Shown here in pieces: positions 13,884 to 27,827 of a DNA stretch of 64,000 bases. Under the pieces are notes generated by a model that made no database searches, was not told where the DNA came from, and saw nothing but the letters and a program-made list of their open reading frames with translations. A program made the position numbers and the translations under genes. Source of the stretch: the human T2T-CHM13v2.0 reference genome, Homo sapiens; NCBI RefSeq assembly GCF_009914755.1, contig NC_060945.1. One strand, given 5' to 3'. Within the stretch, counting starts at the first letter, position 1. The number at the start of each line of letters is the position of its first letter.

Positions 13884-14210
13884 TGCTGTGGTCTGAATGT
13901 GTTCCACAAAATTCATGTGTTGGCAAATTGGTCCCCAGTGCGGTGGTGCTGGGAGGTGGGGCCTGTTGGGAGGTGTTTAGGTCATGAGGGCTCTATCCTC
14001 ATGAATGCATCTGTGTTGTAAAAAGGGCTTTGGGGAGTGGATTTCCCTTCCACTCTCCACCGTGTAAGGACACTGCACGAAGCCCTTCACCAGATTCTGG
14101 TGCCTTGATCATGGACTTCTCAGCCTCCAGAATTGTAGGAAATAAATTTCTGATCTTTATAAATTACAGTCTGTGGCATTTGTTATAGCAGCACAAAAGG
14201 ACTAAAGACA
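13884..14210 (+). mobile_element. MLT1A/MST-type solo LTR
   Basis: TG..CA termini (tgctgtggtctgaatgtg...gactaaagaca); 5-bp TSD acctc/gcctc. Confidence 0.9.
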
Positions 14211-14321
14211 GCCTCAGAAATATTTAAAGTAATGCCTCAAAGACCATTTCAAATAAGTGACTTTCTAAGGATCGTACAGATGTGCCTTTTATGTTAACCA
14301 ATAGATATTCTAAGAATCTGA

Positions 14322-14684
<363 letters not shown>

Positions 14685-14935
14685 AGGTATGGCTTTTATC
14701 TAATGCAATTTATATAAACTAAAACCCACAATATTTCTAAAGGAATCATATCAACTTTATCTAAAAGGAACAGAGACGATACCAACTTACAAGAAGTCTT
14801 TGGGCCCCTGCACTTCTACAAGAAGGAAGTAGATAAAACAACAACAAACCTCAGCTGCAAACACTGGTCATTTCTTATGAAAGATAAAAGATGACTCCGA
14901 GGGTCACAGAAGCACTCAGAGAACAGAGCTGTGGC

Positions 14936-15910
14936 ACGTGTCAGTACCTCACTTCCGGCTGTGGGTGAGTAACAGTTTACTCTGCGGCTACACCACATCG
15001 CGTTCGTCCATTCACCAATCGATGGGCACCTATCAGCTGAGTGATGCTGCTGTGCCTTTGTGTGAGCGTGTGGTGGTTGTTTTCAGTTCTCTTGGCCTGG
15101 GCCTAGGAGAGGAAGAGCTGGGTGTCCTTTAGCGCAGCTGTCTTGGTGAACGCGAAGCAGTACCTCACTGTGGTGTTTCCTGACATTTCCCTGACGTCTA
15201 ACAACGTCGAAGACGTTTCCACATGTGGATTAGCAGTTTGTAAGTCTTCTTTGGAGCAGTGTCTCGCCGAGTCCTTTGTTCACTTCTAAAGTGGGTTCTT
15301 GGTCTTCTTATTACAGGGTTGTAGCAATTCTTCATATATCCTGGATTATAGACTGTTATGACATATGTGATTTGCAAATGTTTTTCCTATTTTGTGAGTT
15401 ATATTTTAATTTTCTCAAGTGCCTTCAGAAGGACAGAATGTTTGATTTTTACGAAGCCTGATTTATCTTTTTTTTTTTTTTTTGTAGCTTGTGCTTTTGA
15501 TGTCATTGCTAATGAACCATTACCTAATCCAAGGTCCTGATGATGGCTGCCTCTGTGTTTTCTATGAGGTTTAGGTCATTGATTCATCTAAGTTAATTTC
15601 TGCATCTGGTGTGAGGTGGAACATAAATCCATGCTTTTGCACATGACTATGCAGTTGACCCCCCACCGTTTGTCAAATAGACTTTCTCTCCCATTGAATG
15701 TGCATCACCCTTGCTGAAAATCAACGGACTACAAGTGTGAAGGTTTGTCTCTGGACCCTACTCTGTTCCGTTTTTCCGTGTGTCCGTCCTTAAGCCAGCA
15801 CCATGCCACCCTGATTACTGTGGCTTTGAAACTGGGACGTGTGAGTGACCCAAATTGGTTCTTACTTTTCCAGATGGTTTTGACAATGCTGCGTTCCTTG
15901 AATTTCCAAC
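14936..15910 (-). mobile_element. L1M 3' region, antisense, partly GC/CpG-enriched
   Basis: gtgtcagtacctcacttcc...ccattcaccaatcgatgggcac; ttgtagcttgtgcttttgatgtcat...cctaatccaaggtc. Confidence 0.75.
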
Positions 15911-16160
15911 AGTGGGATCATACTTCACAATGAGATTTGGAGGAGACACACATCCACCACATAGCTTAGGAGAAGGGGCTGCAAGCCACGGACACAGGCA
16001 GAAGCTGGGCTCGGAGCTGGAGCTGGAAAAGGCGAGGACAGGGGTTCTCCCTGGAGCCCCAGGAGGGGATGGAGCCTGTAGGCACTTTGGTTTTAGTCCA
16101 GTGAGACCCACGTGGACTTTCATTGCAATGTAAACTAATAGATTTGTGTTGTCTTAGCTT
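15910..16160. mobile_element. MaLR LTR fragments (MST end plus MLT1C/D piece)
   Basis: gagatttggaggagacacacatcc; gctggaaaaggcgaggacaggggttctccctggagcc. Confidence 0.6.
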
Positions 16161-16199
16161 TTATATTTACTTCCTAACTTCTTTTGGATAACAAAGAGG

Positions 16200-17241
16200 T
16201 TATCCAAAAGATCCATAACCATCTGAAAAGTGCTTAAAACCATTAGTTATCAGGAAAATATACATTTAAAATTACAACGAGTTACCACTACACACTCACC
16301 AAAATGTTCAAAATTAAACCATCAGTACAAGCGTTGGAAGCATACAGAACCACCAAACACCGGGCTTGGGAGGGGGCAGCTGACACACCCAGTCCCGGGC
16401 CTCGGAGAGGGCGGCTGACACCCCCAGTCCCGGGCCTCGGAGGGGGCGGCTGACACCCCCAGTCCCGGGCCTCGGAGGGGGCGGCTGACACCCCCAGTCC
16501 CGGGCCTCGGAGGGGGCGGCTGACACCCCCAGTCCCGGGCCTCGGAGGGGGCGGCTGACACCCCCAGTCCCGGGCCTCGGAGGGGGCGGCTGACACCCCC
16601 AGTCCCGGGCCTCGGAGGGGGCGGCTGACACCCCCAGTCCCGGGCCTCGGAGGGGGCGGCTGACACCCCCAGTCCCGGGCCTCGGAGGGGGCGGCTGACA
16701 CCCCCAGTCCCGGGCCTCGGAGGGGGCGGCTGACACCCCCAGTCCCGGGCCTCGGAGGGGGCGGCTGACACCCCCAGTCCCGGGCCTCGGAGGGGGCGGC
16801 TGACACCCCCAGTCCCGGGCCTCGGAGGGGGCGGCTGACACCCCCAGTCCCGGGCCTCGGAGGGGGCGGCTGACACCCCCAGTCCCGGGCCTCGGAGGGG
16901 GCGGCTGACACCCCCAGTCCCTTTGGCAAACCGCTTCGCAGTATCCACTGACGCTAAGTACCCCTCTGACGATGACGCAGTCCCATGTCTAGGTATTTAT
17001 GCAACAGAAACCTGTGCTTGGGTCACATGAGGACCCGTCACGAGTGTTCAGAGCAGCCTGAACCTGACAGCAGCCACCAGAGCTGGACCGACCGGCGGTG
17101 CTGCAGCCGCGGACCACTCCTCCACAATAAAAGCACTGTGAGGCTCACGTGGTGTCGATGAACATGGAGAATCCAGACACAAAACAGTGCCTGCGGTGCC
17201 GTCCGTCGACATCAGCTCTGAGACGGGCAAGGCCTAGTCCA
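16200..17241 (+). mobile_element. L1M 3' region hosting two VNTRs
   Basis: cattagttatcaggaaaatatacatttaaaattacaacgag | VNTR | ctttggcaaaccgcttcgcagtatcc...ctaggtatttat...ccagacacaaaacagt is collinear with an L1M 3' end. Confidence 0.7.
16359..16918. repeat. 35-bp minisatellite, 16 copies (15 near-perfect), 80% GC
   Basis: Unit cccgggcctcggagggggcggctgacacccccagt; 16394-16918 = 15 x 35 bp. Confidence 0.98.
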
Positions 17242-17601
17242 GGAGGCAGCACGGGGTGCGGGGGGGGACCCACAGAGAGGCAGCACGGGGTCCAGGAGGC
17301 AGCACGGGGTGTGGGGGGTACCCAACGCGGAGGCACCACGGGGTGCCGGGGGGGACCCAACGCGGAGGCAGCACGGGGTGTGGGGGGGACCCAACGCGGA
17401 GGCAGCACGGGGTGTGGGGGGGACCCAACGCGGAGGCAGCACGCGGTGCCGGGGGGACCCACATGGAGGCAGCACGGGATGCCGGGGGGACCCACATGGA
17501 GGCAGCACGCGGTGCCGGGGGGACCCACATGGAGGCAGCACGGGGTGCCGGGGGGACCCACATGGAGGCAGCACGCGGTGCCGGGGGGACCCAACGCGGA
17601 G
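17242..17601. repeat. ~33-bp G-rich minisatellite, ~11 copies
   Basis: Unit ggaggcagcacggggtgccggggggacccacat with an aacgc variant. Confidence 0.95.
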
Positions 17602-17921
17602 CGGACTCGCAGGGCCTGTGCTTTTTCCTTTGGAAATGAGATCTCGGTTTTAAAATAGTCACAGATATCCACTAAGAATTCATTCCCTTGAAGTCCAGTA
17701 ACTCCTGTTAGGGATATTTATCAACAAGCCAGCGTGGAATGTAAATATTTACTCAATCTCTGGAAGCCGTGTAATCACCAGGTGTTTGTAAGGATTCCCA
17801 CTGACGGGAGATTAGAAGGGACTTTGGTTCGATTCTCTGTGCCAGGGATGACCCTGAAGAGGCCCCTGAGGAAGCGAAACCCTCCCCTGCCCAGCTGCAG
17901 AAGGATCGCGCCGCCGGGTCT

Positions 17922-18639
17922 CCTGCGGTGTGGACGGGCCTCTCCAGTGTGTGCCAGCCTCCAATACCCCCGCGTCACCTGCGGTGTGGACGGGCCTCTC
18001 CAGTGTGTGCCAGCCTCCAATACCCCCGCGTCACCTGCGGTGTGGACGGGCCTCTCCAGTGTGTGCCAGCCTCCAATACCCCCGCGTCACCTGCGGTGTG
18101 GACGGGCCTCTCCAGTGTGTGCCAGCCTCCAATACCCCCATGTCTCCTGCGGTGTGGACGGGCCTCTCCAGTGTGTACCAGCCTCCAATACCCCCGCGTC
18201 ACCTGCGGTGTGGACGGGCCTCTCCAGTGTGTGCCAGCCTCCAATACCCCCGCGTCACCTGCGGTGTGGACGGGCCTCTCCAGTGTGTGCCAGCCTCCAA
18301 TACCCCCATGTCTCCTGCGGTGTGGACGGGCCTCTCCAGTGTGTACCAGCCTCCAATACCCCCGCGTCACCTGCAGTATGGATGGGCCTCTCCAGTGTGT
18401 GCCAGCCTCCAATACCCCTGTGTCACCTGCGGTGTGGACGGGCCTCTCCAGTGTGTGCCAGCCTCCAATACCCCCATGTCTCCTGCGGTGTGGACGGGCC
18501 TCTCCAGTGTCTGCCAGCCTCCAATACCCCCGCGTCACCTGCGGTGTGGACGGGCCTCTCCAGTGTGTGCCAGCCTCCAATACCCCCGCGTCACCTGCGG
18601 TGTGGACGGGCCTCTCCAGTGTGTGCCAGCCTCCAATAC
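17922..18639. repeat. 56-bp minisatellite, ~12.8 copies
   Basis: Unit cctgcggtgtggacgggcctctccagtgtgtgccagcctccaatacccccgcgtca. Confidence 0.98.
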
Positions 18640-20870
18640 AGTCTTGTCCTTCAACGAGGTCTTAGGGACAAGGTACAGGGGCAATTATCTTGCATTCACA
18701 GCAACAAATAAGTCAGTATGATGAACTTTCTACTGTGGTCAGCTGGAAAATTTCATCCTTGTCAGCGGGCACACAAAGACCTTCCTTAGTTCCCAGTTAA
18801 AAAGAAAAGGAAAAACAGGAACTGTCGGCCCGGGTGTGTGCATGTAGCCCAGGGGCCCCACAAAGACTGACCCGGCTTCCATCCCTGAGGCCCCGCAGAG
18901 ACTGTCCCGGCTTCCATCCTGAGGCCCGCAGAGCACTAGGCTGGGGGTGCGCCTGGGCAGGAGGCTGCACGGCAAAGGCACGGGGTGTGCCATGGAGTTT
19001 CCCCGGGAGCCGCAGCCCTGCCCACTCTACAGGGCCCCCGGGAAGTGACTGCCTTGCCAGACAACGGAATCCAGGGCCCAGCCACGGACAATCAGGGGAA
19101 GGCGTGGAGGGAGCGAGGAGAGACGGGAGCCGGGCATTGGAGGGATTACCAGGTTTGGGGTCCTGCAGGCAGAATTCAGGCGGCGGGGTGGGGACGCATC
19201 GCCCCCATAGTGAGCAGGGTCCATGCAGTGCAGCCCAACGGGGGCTTTGTCCTAAGGACTGTGGGCAGCTGCTGAGGGCGTTTGGGAACACCCCTCCCGG
19301 AGGGGTGAGGCGGCCCAGCCTGCGGCTGCCAGAGGACACAGGTTCTGCTGCGGAACCTGCAGACATGGCCATAACAGGCCACAGTGCTCGGGCCCACACA
19401 GCCTGGACCCACATGGCCCTGTGTCACCTCCTCAGGGGCAGGCTTCAGGGCCTCGACCCTAGAGGCTGCCCCTCGGTTCTGCTCCATGGACGGCGCAGGC
19501 AGGCCCAGGCCTGTGACGAGTTCACGGAAGCTCCAGGATGACCCCCGCTCTGCGCCCTCCTCCAGCATTCCAGACCACAAACCACTCTGGGCTAAAACGA
19601 GGCATCGCCAGAGCATCCCACTTCCTCGGAAAGCTGCGGTCTGGGGACGCGTCTTGGCCCTGAAGAGGCTCCAGATGGCTCCCATCAGGCCTCTCCGCCT
19701 ACGTGCGGCCGACATGGAGTGACAGAGCGTCGGGGACACAGAATTCAGAGCTGGGCCTGGGGCTGCTTTGAGATACTGATGGCTGCCAGGGGGCACAGAG
19801 ACCCGTCCTGCAGACAGGGCTGTGAGGGCCACAGGGGGCCTCGGGGAGAGGCAGTGGGAGGGAGGACAGTGGGGGCCTCCAGCTGGGTGAGCAGCTGGAG
19901 CGAGGGGGGCCCGGGGCTTGTGATGGTGCTGCCGACCCTAGAGGTGCCGGCCCCACGATGGAGAGCACGTAGTGCCCCCCGGGAGTCAGGAGGCCGGGCC
20001 TGACCTCGGGGGCTGCAGCCAGGGGAGGCCGGCACCCCAGATAACCCCCAAAGAACTGCAGGCCCTGAGGCGAGGCCAGAGTGGGGGCGGGGGCAGGTCC
20101 CAGCCGAGGAGGTGCTCCGTGCTGCCTCAGCAGAACCCATGATGGGCTGGCCCAAGGCTCTGAAGGTGGAAAGGCCTCACACATTCTGCCCCGGCTGACG
20201 CCTTCCTTGGGCCAGTGCTCGGGGGTGTGTAACAAACGCCAAGACGCATTGTAAAGAAGGAAGCCTGCGTTTCCATCACCGGCTTAATATCAAACAAAAG
20301 TGCAATTTTGAAAATGTAGTCCAAGGTTTTCTGTGGTGCGGAAATGGCCAGGCCAGACCTCCGTGGGTGGTCCTTCGTGTCCACGTCAGCGCCCTACATC
20401 CACACTGTGGGCACCATGACCTCACATGCGGAGCGGAGCAGGGCCGGCGCCCGGAGAGCCAGGCTGGTCACGAACGAGGCCTAGAGGGCGTCAGGCCCCA
20501 AAGCACTCACAGGCTTCTCCTCTGTCCTCGGGGCCTTCAGACACCTGCATGCGCCGATTCAGACACCCGCGCGCGCCGATTCCCCTGGCCATGGGGTTTC
20601 CAAAGTGTGTGCTCAGAGGACAGTTTCCTCCAGGATGACCTGTCAGTGGCTCTCTGTGCCGGGGACGTCGCGTGCTGGGTCCCGGTCTGAATGCTTCCTA
20701 ACGATTTACCCAGTTCCTTTTCTCCACTCAGGAGGCGTTTGCTGAGAGGCACAGGCTGAGCCCCCGTGCTGATGCCACGACCGAGGGAACGGGTCTCCCT
20801 GTCGGCGTGAACTGACCCGGCCAGGCGTCCACTGCCACTCGGACTGTCTCCCAGGCACGTGGCGCCCACA

Positions 20871-20943
20871 CGGGCAGAACACGCCCTCCACACACGCGGC
20901 TTCGGGCAGAACACGAGGCGCCCTCCACACACGCGGCTTCGGG
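20871..20943. repeat. Two-copy tandem duplication (32/37 bp)
   Basis: cgggcagaacacg(aggcg)ccctccacacacgcggctt x2. Confidence 0.9.
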
Positions 20944-22360
20944 GCTTGTCATGAAAAAAGCTGAATGCTGGGGGTGCAGCTTTCACCAACAGAATCCCGT
21001 TTGGAAGGGACGCGGTGAGACATGATCCACCCTAAGTTGTGATCCTGGGTGAGCCGCCGTCCACACCCTGCTGAGGGTCCCTTCACCCACTTTATTCTCC
21101 AGAAAACCCTGCCCATCAGGGCTGAGTCCCACGCCTTCCCTCTCCGTCCAGGCCTGGCTTTGACCTCTGGGGTCGTGTGGGGCACAGGGGACACCCTATC
21201 CAGGCAGAGGCCCTACGGCTATCTGGAGGAAGTGGTGGGAGCTGGGCTTCTGCCTGGAGGATGCACCCAGAGGGGTCACAGTCCACACAGAGACACACGG
21301 GTGCCTTCCAGATGGCTGAGCCAGTCCAGCCCAGAAGGGCCTGGGGGTTGGGGGCTGCACCTGGCCTGTCCCCACCAGCAGGGCTCAGGGCTTCCCAAGG
21401 TGTGTGGGGGACGGGGCAGCACCTCTCAACCAGGTCACCTGAAACCCGAACTGAAAGGCATCCTAAGTTAAGACATTAACTCCCATTGTCAAGGTGCCAT
21501 CGTCAATTCTGTCTCCAAATCCTTCTTTGTTATTTCATGTATTCACAGAGTGACGCTCCGTGTTTCGTTCAGCCTGCAGGCCTGCAGAAGCTGCATCTCG
21601 GGATGGCCAAGAGCCCGGCCAGGCCCCACGGCTGCACCCAGGACGGGATTCATGCCCCATGCCTGGCTTCTCACGACCACAGAGTGCCTTTCCCGGGACT
21701 GGATGGAGGCAGAGTGAGAGAAGAGCCTGGAGCAAGTGTTTTGGACCACAGTGATCAAACACGGAGCCCGTGGGAGGACGTGGGAGGACGTGCGGGGCTT
21801 TGCCGGGCGAGCCCGATGCTGCTCACGGCACCTGGAGTGTTCGGGCCGCTATTTGGGCGGTGTTCTGAGCAGCCGTCAGACCTTGAGTTTTGCTGTCAAA
21901 AGCTCTTCTCTCCTGCCCCGAAATATACCCAGTCCATGCCCCAAGAGGAAAGGCCTTTGTGCCAGGTGGGCACCCGGCTGCCTCTTGGCAAAGACTTGTT
22001 GGAAAAATGAGTGAGTGACGAGGCTGCTGGTCAGCGTGTGGCCTGTGGCGTCACTGGGGCCTCTGGCGGCTGCTGGAACCAGAAGAGGAGCCTGCGCTGC
22101 AACCCAGGCCGCACCACATCAGGGTCTCACTGGGAGCCGGAGAGCTTGTTCCCAGGCAACCCTGAAACAGAGAAGTGTCCTTGGAGGCTTCACCCACGCA
22201 GACCCACGGCTTCCTGGTAGAAGCCGTCTGCACCCCCGCACTGACCTGGCTCTGTGAGGAGAGCGGGGAGGGGCTCCAGGGAAACATCCTGGCGTTGGCG
22301 TAGCCAGCCTGTGAGTCACGGGGAAGCCGGCTGCCCGGATGCCCCCCAAGGACCCGGTGA

Positions 22361-22901
<541 letters not shown>

Positions 22902-23147
22902 TAAACTTACAATTAAATACATTAAGTTAAATACCATGGTCACAAAGGTGCCTTCTGCCTCTGCATCTGCGCGGTGGAAACACCACTGCAGCGTTCAGGA
23001 GCTTCCTGAGGTGGTGTGTTCCCAGCTGGAATCAGCACTCGCGACGAATCCCAGGTGCTCTTCCTCAGGGCCAGTGGGTAAACAGTTACCAGCATGGTAG
23101 GCCTCACCACACCCCACCGCTGCCACCCGCGAGCCAGCCACGTCCCG

Positions 23148-23298
23148 CCCTCCACCCTCCCTCCAGCCCTTCCCAGGACCCTCTGCGTGTCCCTGGTCCT
23201 CGCGGCCTGCATCTGAGCGAGGCCCCCTCCATCCTCCCTCCAGCCTCTCCCAGGACCCTCTGCATGTCCCTGGTCCCCGTGGCCTGCATCTGAGCGAG
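23148..23298. repeat. Two-copy 77-bp tandem duplication
   Basis: ccctccaccctccctccagcc...ggcctgcatctgagcgag repeated with few mismatches. Confidence 0.9.
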
Positions 23299-23914
23299 TC
23301 TCCCGGGGGCTGCACAGCTGTCCCTGGGCCTTCAGCTTCTGACCGTCTCTTTGCTGCAGCTGGAGCCCTTTCTTGGGCACCTGCGCACACTCAGGGCTTC
23401 CACCCCAGATCTGGCGTCCCCCAGAGCAGCTCTGTCTTTGAAATCTTCTCCTTGGGGTGTCCTCTGTGAACACCCTCACTTCACCTCTGGCACCAGGGCC
23501 GCTGAGTGACCAACCTCTCCTCCTGGGGGTTCAGCTCCCTCTGGTTTCAGTCCCTCCCCACCCAGCGGGGACACGGCCACTCACTTCCAGGTGGGCTCCC
23601 CAGCCGAGGTCAGTCCCCAGGCCAGGGAAGACAGGCTGGGCGCAGGGACCAGGGGGGCCTGTGGGGGATCGTGGCAGGGAACGATGGCACTGCGGCCGCA
23701 CCGTCAAAGCCCACAGGCCTTCTTCTCCATCATAGGTGGGCCGTTCAGCTGCGGCTGGGGTCCCAGGGCCTCCGAGATCCCTCTTTTCCATTCCCCACAG
23801 CATGGGCTCTGAGCCTTCCTCCTCCCACGCCTGTTTCCACCCCAGCCCAGCTCCCTTGTTCTCAGCAGAGGGCCATGAACTGTGAGCCTCTCTTGTGTGT
23901 TTGAGGGTGCCATG

Positions 23915-24270
23915 TGGTGGGACTTGGCTGTGTCCCCAGCCAGTCTCTCCGGGAATTGTAATCATCCCCACACGTCAAGGGCGGGGCCAGGTGGAGATAA
24001 TTGAATCATGAGGGCGGTTTCCCCCGTACTGTTCTCGTGGTAGTGAATAAGTCTCGTGAGATCTGATGGTTTTATAAAGAGGAGTTCCCCTACACAAGCT
24101 CTCTTGTCTGACACCACGTAAGATGGCGCCTTTGCTTCTCCTTCACCTTCCTCCATGACTGTGAGGCCTCCCCAGCCATGTGGAACTGTGAGTCCATTAA
24201 GCCTCTTTCCTTCATAAATTACCCGGTCTCAGGTATGTCTTTATTAGCAGTGTGAGAACAGACAAATACA
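23915..24270 (+). mobile_element. THE1 (THE1B-like) solo LTR
   Basis: ttggctgtgtcccca...gtagtgaataagtctcgtgagatctgatggttttata...ttattagcagtgtgagaacagacaaataca. Confidence 0.92.
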
Positions 24271-24743
24271 CAGGGGAGGTTGGCCCACATGCTGCCGACC
24301 GACATCATCTGTTTAAAGCTGACTCCTTGAAAATCAGCTGTGAGTAAAGGGGGCGTTCCAAACTCAGGCCCTTAGAGCCAGCGTGTGTGGCCCAGTAGCC
24401 AGAGCACAGTATGCCTCTCGGCCAGTGGGACCAGGGGCTGGGGCAGACCCCGAGCCGGAGCCTGCATCCAGCCCCCGAACGTTCTCCCACTGCCATCTAC
24501 TTGGCCAAGAGGTACCTGACCAAGCTTGGTACCTTGGAGAATGCCACAAATAAAAATTAGCCCAGCGGGGTTCCGGCATCTACTTACTGCAAACCCTCAC
24601 TTCCTTCACACGTGTCTCTGCAGGCAGGTCTGGTCTGGGGAGTTTCTGCCCATATCACAGGCAGAGTCTGACCCTCCAATCCTTCTCTCATTCTCAGGTT
24701 CACAAAGCTGAGTGAAGTCCAAACAGGAAAAGCCCAAATAGAG

Positions 24744-25182
24744 CCACACTCAGACACACCACAACTCAGACACATCACAACTCAGACACACCACAACTCA
24801 GACACACCACAACTCAGACACACCACAACTCGGACACACCACAACTCAGACACACCACAACTCAGACACACCACAACTCAGAAACACCACAACTCGGACA
24901 CACCACAACTCGGACACACCACAACTCGGACACACCACAACTCGGACACACCACAACTCGGACACACCACAACTCAGAAACATCACAACTGAGACACACC
25001 ACAACTCAGAAACACCACAACTCAGACACACCACAACTCAGACACATCACAACTCAGACACACCACAACTCAGACACACCACAACTCAGAAACATCACAA
25101 CTCAGACACACCACAACTCAGACACACCACAACTCAGAAACATCACAACACAGACACATCACACACTCAGACACATCACAAC
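24744..25182. repeat. 16-bp minisatellite, ~27 copies
   Basis: Unit ccacaactcagacaca with cgga, aaaca and atca variants. Confidence 0.97.
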
Positions 25183-25265
25183 CTAACTTCTGAAAACTAA
25201 AGACAAAAATATAAAAGAACAACAATTGAAATGACTGCAAATTTCCCATTAGAAACCATGGAAGC

Positions 25266-25552
25266 AGCTGCGCACAGTGGCTCACACCTGTAATCCTAAC
25301 ACTTTGGGAGACTGAGGCAGATGGATATCACCTGAGGCCAGGAGTTCGAGGCCAACCTGGCCAACATGGCAAAAGCCCATCTCTACTAAAAATGCAAAAA
25401 TTAGCCAGGTGTGGTGCACACCTGTAGTCCCAGATACTTAGGAGACTGAGGCAGGAGAATCACTTAAACCTGAGAGGCGGAGGCTGCAGTGAGCCAAGAT
25501 CGCGCCACTGCACTCCAGCCTGCGCAACGGAGTGAAAAGAAAAAAGAAAAAA
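25266..25552 (+). mobile_element. AluS-type SINE
   Basis: Perfect 15-bp TSD agaaaccatggaagc (25251-25265 / 25553-25567). Confidence 0.95.
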
Positions 25553-25583
25553 AGAAACCATGGAAGCCAGGAAAAAGTGGCAC

Positions 25584-25830
25584 TTTGAGACGGAGCCTTG
25601 GCTCACTGCAGCCTCCGCCTCCCAGGTTGAAACAATTCTCCTTCCTCAGCCTCCTGAGTAGCTGGGATTACAGGCGCCTGCAACCACGCCCAGCTAATTT
25701 TTATATTTTTAGTACAGACGGAGTTTCACCATGTTTGCCATGCTGGTCTCAAACTCCTGACCTCAGGTGATACGCCTACCTCAGCCTCCCAAAGTGCTGG
25801 GATTACAGGCATGAGCCACTACGCCCAACC
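25584..25830 (-). mobile_element. AluS-type SINE, internal deletion, almost no tail
   Basis: tttgagacggagcc/ttggctcactgca...; TSD-like tggcac on both sides. Confidence 0.92.
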
Positions 25831-26514
25831 TGGCACATTGTTTAATTGCTGAAAGAAAATAATTATCAGTTCAGGAGTCTATATCCAGCAAAAATATCCT
25901 TCAGGGATGAGGGTGAAATGGAGACATTCTCAGATGAAGAAAAACTAAGAAAATTTGCTGCCAGCACATATACCCTAAAAGAATGCCTAAAAGAGTTTTT
26001 TCAGATAGAAAAACATCAGGAATGAAGGAAGAGCAACAAAAATGATAAATATTGAGGAAATGTAATAGACTGTTCTTCAGTTCTTTAAAATAATGTTTGA
26101 TGATGAAAAGCAAGTACTGTAGTATTGTTGGGCGGAGTTTCAGCACATGCAGATGTATCAACTAAGACGGACTGCAGCATGAAAGATGCAGGTCCAGGAA
26201 GCTACACGGTGGCAAGAGTTCCACAAAACACTTGAAATGCTAAAATACTGATTCCAAGGAGACTGTGAAAGGTGAAGTATGCATATGGTAATCCCCAGAA
26301 AACCAGTAAATATTCTACAGAGCTATATCATCAACAACACAATAGGTAGCTTAACATACTGAAAAATGTTCAAATAACCAAAAGACAGGAATGAAAAGAC
26401 AAAAGAACAAAAAAATGGAGGAAATAAGCAGAAAACAAATAATAAAATGGTAGGTTTGAATCCAAACATATCAATAATGACATTAAATGTAACTGGTCTA
26501 AATTAAAAGACAGA

Positions 26515-26810
26515 GACCTGGTGCCATGGCTCGTACCTGTCATCCCAGCACTTTGGGAGGCCAAGGCAAGAGGATCACTTGAGGCCAGGAGTTCAAGACC
26601 AGCCTGGGCAACACAGTGGGACGCTGTCTCTACAGATTTTTTTTTTAATTACCCAGGCATATGGTGTGCGCCTGTGGTCCCAGCTAGTCAGGAGGCCAGG
26701 GTGGGAGGATCGCTTGAGCCCAGGAGGTCGAGGCTGCAGTGATGTGATCATGATACTGTACTCCGGCCTGGGCAACAGAGTGAGACCGTATCTCTACAAA
26801 AAAAATTAAA
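26515..26810 (+). mobile_element. AluJ
   Basis: gaggatcgcttgagcccaggaggtcgaggctgcagtg; TSD-like aattaaaa(aa)gacaga. Confidence 0.92.
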
Positions 26811-27062
26811 AATTAAAAAAGACAGATGGTCACAATGGATTTCTTTAAATGACCCACCTATATTTCTACCCTCAAGAAACTCACTTCAAAGATAATATTG
26901 GTAGGTCAGTGTTAAAAGGATAGAAAAAGATATATCATCATGCAGGCACAAATTTTAATAAACTGAACTGCCTATATTAATATCAGATAAAGTGGACTTC
27001 AGAGAAAAGAAAATTATCGGCAGCAAAGAGGTAAATTACGTGATGATAAAAGGGTCAATTCA

Positions 27063-27530
<468 letters not shown>

Positions 27531-27647
27531 CTAATTGAATTTATGGAACACTCCACCCAACCAGAGCAGAAAACAAAGACTTCTCAAGGGCACCTGGAAC
27601 ATTTACCAAGAGAGGCGGGTGATGCCCAGAGTCATTAAAAAATCTTA

Positions 27648-27827
<180 letters not shown>

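Noticed and set aside
14700-15000. Possible chimeric junction between the CpG-poor left part and CpG-rich right part
   Set aside because: Change is gradual and patchy (AT-rich L1 returns at 26-29 kb and 58-62 kb); no sharp breakpoint visible
16394-16918. Tandem CTCF sites (AGGGGGCG core)
   Set aside because: Upstream bases do not fit the CCAC/CCAG part of the motif; the highly constrained C is a T here
17734-18721. 325/245/263-aa Cys/Pro-rich repeat ORFs
   Set aside because: All three plus-strand frames are open across a 56-bp tandem unit; repeat artefact
24167-24179. PRDM9-A hotspot motif in the THE1 LTR
   Set aside because: Sequence is CCTCCCCAGCCAT, the consensus form, not the hotspot-associated CCTCCCTNNCCAC
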